DNA of 64,000 nucleotides from Zootoca vivipara (taxonomy: Eukaryota). Under the pieces are notes generated by a model. That model was not told the DNA's origin. It saw only the letters and a list, made by a program, of their open reading frames with translations, and ran no database searches. Below, one piece after another: positions 59,824 through 64,000 of the stretch. The translations under genes and the position numbers were made by a program. Location: assembly GCF_963506605.1 (NCBI RefSeq), contig NC_083280.1, positions 42,284,001-42,348,000 of the forward strand. The letters run 5' to 3'. Numbering within the stretch: position 1 is the first letter of the stretch; each line of letters begins with the position of its first letter.

Positions 59824-59918
59824 GAACAAAATAAAAAAAAAATCCTTCCAGTAGCACCTTAGAGACCAACTAAGTTTGTCATTGGTATGAGCTTTTGTGT
59901 GCATGCACACTTCTTCAA
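59824..59918 (-). mobile_element. Penelope pLTR fragment with inactivated hammerhead
   Basis: Close match to 38022-38113. Confidence 0.8.
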
Positions 59919-62136
59919 TTTTATTCTGAAGGCCTTCAAAATGATGTGTGTGTGGCATGTGTGTGTGGCATGTGTGGCAAAATTCTGTCAATCTAACACA
60001 AAGGGAACGAGAAGGAGTGAGGAGAAGAGAGAGTGAACCAAGCTCCATCAGGACGGGGGTGCAGAAACAGCCACCCAACACAGGACTGAGGCACAACTTC
60101 ATGAGGAACGCTCTGCATTGTGGCATTAAGGCGGCACTGACTAGAGAGGAAGTCCCACTGAACTTTTACTTCTTAGCGACATGCCTGCATGAAGTCTCCT
60201 GATCAAGGAACAAAAGAAACAAGCCAAGCATTTCTGAGGGAAAGAGTAGCCACAGCAGAGACATTTCCAGCCCTCGTGCTGATGGAAACTCCCTCTCAAG
60301 TTGCTTGCAAGACACAGATGGCTCATGGCTGCTGGCCTTTCATGTTGGCAGCCTCCGCAGGCCGCCAGAAGCTATAAACAGAGGTGGGACAGTTTAGCCG
60401 CTGCGCTGTATCAGTATTTAGAATATTTAATTGGCCCAAATAGACGGGGCTTGTTTTCGGGGAGCAGCTGGCAGGCCAGAGCAAGCCAAGCCTCACCAGG
60501 GGGTTACAGACTACTGGAGCTGCCAGGAAAAGCAGTGAGCACCCACCCGCCTCCCCTTCCAGAATGCTGCCCACATCAGAGCCCTGGACTCCACCCTGCC
60601 CAAGAGGAGACACAAGAGAGAGCTGTTCCAGGCAGGGAGATGCCTGTGAGCTTGGCTGGCCAGTAAACACTCGGCCTGCCAGCACATTCCAGGCTTGAGA
60701 GCTGTCTTGGCCTACCTTGACCTGACCCCAGGCAAAGCTAAACAGGGCTGGATGCTTCTGAGACAATATTTCCCATGCATCGTCTCCCCAGGCTCTGACA
60801 AGGAGGCTCCAGTCTCCCTTTCCCCTCTCTGACCGGAAATCAGGCCATGTGGTGCCACAGACACCCTTTCAAATGGGCTGGGAACGTTTTGCAGCCTGGG
60901 GGCCACACGTCCTCTTTGGCAGCCTTCTGGGGCCACATACCAAAGGCCCAGAAGCAAAAGGGACTGGAGCAGCAAATGCCAATTTGCTCATCTCTCTGTA
61001 TTTGCCATCTAGGCAGTGCAAGGATACAGGCTGGGCAGGCAAAAAACACTCAAGGAGGCTGCAATGCAGGGCCAGCGAGGGGCGTGGCCAGTGGAAGAGG
61101 GGTGTGGCTTGGGGAGAGTTCCAAGGGCCAAGCAGAGAGTCCCGGAGGGCCACATTTGCTCCCCCCCACCCCTGCCTTGAAGCATCAGCCAAGAGGACTC
61201 TGCCTCCCCACTCCCATTTAGTCCTCCCAAGCTTCACTCCCGTTCTTACGGCCCGCTGCTGGGCCTGGGACATGTTGTGCTGCATTTGGGCTGCAGTCGT
61301 GCCTGCTCCCGCTGTGCTGTTGTCCTTTGGGGCAATCAAGGCAGCGGCAGCCACTACTCAGGGAGCCAAGTTGCTCCCAGGGTGTTGACCCCAAACACAG
61401 CTGGGAGAGTCTGACCACAGGAATCTCCGGCACGGCCTAGCAGGGGCGTGTTGTCAATGTCAGTTTACAAGGAAGTGGCCGATCTGCCTGCAGCTCGGGC
61501 GTTTGTAATCAAGCTACGTACCTGGAACAGAGAGGACTCTGTCTGCTACCCCTGGGGAGGCATTCCTGAGGGGGGTCAGTGCCCGTAAAGCGAAATCCAA
61601 CCTTTCCTGCAAGCTGGCCAGAGCAAGCATGTTTGTGCTGTGACCTGGGTCCGGCAGCTATTACAAGCCCTATATTCACAAGGTGGGAGTGACATGCTGC
61701 AGGGGCCTCTGCCAAAGCAATCCTGCTATGAGGAGGGGAATCCCAGAAGCAGCAGCAGCAGCAGCAGCAGCAATATCCTGGTAGGGCCAGCGATCTTGCA
61801 TACAGTTTGGGTGGCAAAGGGCTCCTGTAAACACGCCAGCTTCCCAGCACGCACAAGGGAAAAGAGCACCTCAACACCAGCTCTTTACTGGAACTTAGCT
61901 CTATCAGGATTCTGCTAACGTACAACGGTTGCTGTTTTCTGTGCATCTGATGCTGATTTCCGGTCAGCAATTGGACATCCTGAGGAGGCCTGGAGGAAGT
62001 CTGGTCCAGCCGTTGGCGACTCATTGGCTGCCACCACTGGCTGTTGCTGAATCCACAAGGTTGCATAGGTTGATCCAAGAGCCACTTGGAAGTAGCACAC
62101 TGCACCATGTGAATATTTTTTTAAAATAAAAAAGCC

Positions 62137-62142
62137 TTTAAT
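62137..62142 (-). terminator. Candidate R3HCC1L polyadenylation signal (ATTAAA)
   Basis: About 500 nt after the stop on the minus strand, followed by a T-rich tract. Confidence 0.5.
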
Positions 62143-62638
62143 AAGAAACTCAGTGGCGGGCACTTGATCATCCTAGAGGGCCCATTGTAAAAGCTGCCAC
62201 AGCTCAGTCCAGTCCCACAGAACCCAAGGGGGGCACCACACGGCTCAGTGGTCTGCCTGCTGCCCACAGTGGAGGAAGGCACCACTTCCAAGCCAACATC
62301 ATCTGGATATTGAGGATTATGTTTCTAGGCACAACAAGTGGAACAGTGCCCAGTCTTTGGGCCGGATGCCCAGTGGCAGCTGTTGCAGAGGCGCTGCCAA
62401 CTCCAGCTCCACTGTTTCAGGGTCTCAGGTGTATCCCAGGGCAAGGCTTGCTGCGGCTCATTTGAGCACGTTTCTGCCGCTCAGGAGGGCCCATGTTCTT
62501 GGTGCTCAGCCCAAAGGGAGCGGCAGAACTTCCCCCAGCGCTGCCGAGCACAACCTGCCCGCCTGCGTCCAAGCCCCGGTCCTGCTCAGGTGAGGTCTCA
62601 AAGGCATCTCTCCCCTTTCTCCTTGAGATGGTGTGGCC

Positions 62639-62694
62639 TCACTCCCGTCCTTCCCAGGCATCTTCTCGTTGTTTCATCTCCAAGCGCTTCCGCT
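62639..62694 (-). CDS. R3HCC1L: R3HCC1L last coding exon
   Basis: ccttttctcctcgcAG|AG CGG AAG..GAG TGA = (E)RKRLEMKQREDAWEGRE*, matching the recalled human R3HCC1L tail ERKRLEAKQREDIWEGRD; convergent with LOXL4 as in mammals. Confidence 0.9.
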
Positions 62695-64000
62695 CTGCGA
62701 GGAGAAAAGGGGCAGGTGAAGCCATGGGGGATGCACTCTGCCAGCGTAGGAAAGTGCCACACTTGGAAGGCGCAGCCTTGGCACTTCCTCTCCCTCCTTC
62801 CTCCATCACCTCCCGCCCTTCCCAGCGCACAAGGCTCTGCTCCCGTGACACAGCCCAACCACTTTCCTCAGCAAACTGTGGCTGCCTACCCTGCTGGCAC
62901 TCAGAAAGGGTGTGCCCTGTGCTGACCTTGCTTCACGTTGCCGTGTCCTTTCTCCCAGCTCAGCCGCACTGTGCCTGCCCCTTGACCAGCCTCTACAGGC
63001 AGCAGTGCCGTGCTATGTTCCAATGGGCTGTGTCTCACCTGCGCTAGGATCAGAAAGCCTGCCTGGCGACCCGAGGGAAAGGCTAGCGAGCGGAGAAGAG
63101 CAGGGAGACTGCGGAGTTGGCAGCTTCAATTAAAATAAATCACCTATTCCTATGCATGACTTACACTGCCTCCTGCAGCTGGCACTGGCTCCCAGTTCCG
63201 CATCCTGGAGCAGTAATCAGGATTGGAGCACCACCTAGTGCCCAAACCTGAGGATCACAGACCTGATGCCCCCTCATTTTACCATATAGCATTTTCGGAG
63301 AGCAACGGGGCCAAGTATATGGGAGCGCCACTGCTGGTGCCTCCTGTCTCATAAGCATCTGGCCGAAGCTGTAAGCTAATCTTCCAGCTTTTGTCCCTCG
63401 CAGCGCCATGGCAGAAAAATGGGCCAAAAAGAAAAAGAACCACTCCTCTAATGTGGCCACAAAGAGGACATCTGCAAGGACGACAGAAGCCTAAAGTACA
63501 GTAGAAATATGAGAGCAGGGGGAGGCCTGGGCTGAACGAGGCTACAGTAACCTGGACATCAGATGCATACAATGAGAAATCTGTTGCAGGAATTAGTCCA
63601 AAATGCTGTGTTCACAGGGCACCTGCCATTATTGGCAGGGGTAATAGCGCTGGAAACGCTGCAGTGATTATTGGATTCAGATCCTATTCAAAATGCTAAA
63701 GTGAAAGCTATGGAGAAAAACAATTTTTAACAGCTTCTGATTATGCTGGGAATGTCAGAGAGACCCAGAGTAATCCATGCTCATACTCCAGTTTCAAAAA
63801 GAATGACAGAAGGTAATAGAGTCATTGTATGAGAGAAGCTTCCTCAGAAAACTCCATAGGAAGGGGCCAGGCTGTGCGGTGCGTGTGTGTGTGGAGTGGG
63901 GGCTGGAGAGGAGCAGGTGTAGGGGGGAAAGAGGCTATATTGGAAACAGGAAAATCACGGGGAAATTTATCACCTGAACAACTATCAACACTTTTTTAAA

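Noticed and set aside
60100-62600. Cluster of 120-200-aa overlapping ORFs
   Set aside because: GC-rich 3' UTR and intergenic DNA; no recognisable motif or consistent exon structure.
63160-63260. ALG..LQEA followed by GTAAGT on the minus strand, resembling the penultimate R3HCC1L exon
   Set aside because: Intervening residues do not match, and the splice phase (2) is incompatible with the phase-1 last exon; the real exon is probably beyond 64000.

Overview
Vertebrate genomic DNA. The repeats (Squam3-type and tRNA-Lys/CR1 SINEs, Bov-B, L2, CR1, Penelope, hAT MITEs) point to a squamate reptile, most likely a lacertid lizard; this is an inference. The window holds the conserved block HPS1 (last 9 coding exons, +), PYROXD2 (complete, 16 exons, 585 aa, +), LOXL4 (complete, non-coding exon 1 plus 14 coding exons, 743 aa, +) and R3HCC1L (last exon, -, convergent). 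Exons were read by hand and all splice phases join into open frames. Gene identities rest on recalled human protein sequences, not database searches. Highlights: (1) a TSD-flanked Penelope insertion ~1.6 kb upstream of LOXL4 carrying an intact minimal hammerhead ribozyme, plus two decayed copies; (2) the U12 AT-AC intron of HPS1, with an overlapping in-frame GT-AG alternative; (3) near-identical codons in the LOXL4 SRCR1 and SRCR3 exons, suggesting intragenic gene conversion; (4) an orphan TATA/CCAAT promoter-like element between PYROXD2 and LOXL4; (5) inverted SINE pairs around LOXL4 exons. I found no convincing new protein-coding system, and most ORFs in the supplied track are spurious.
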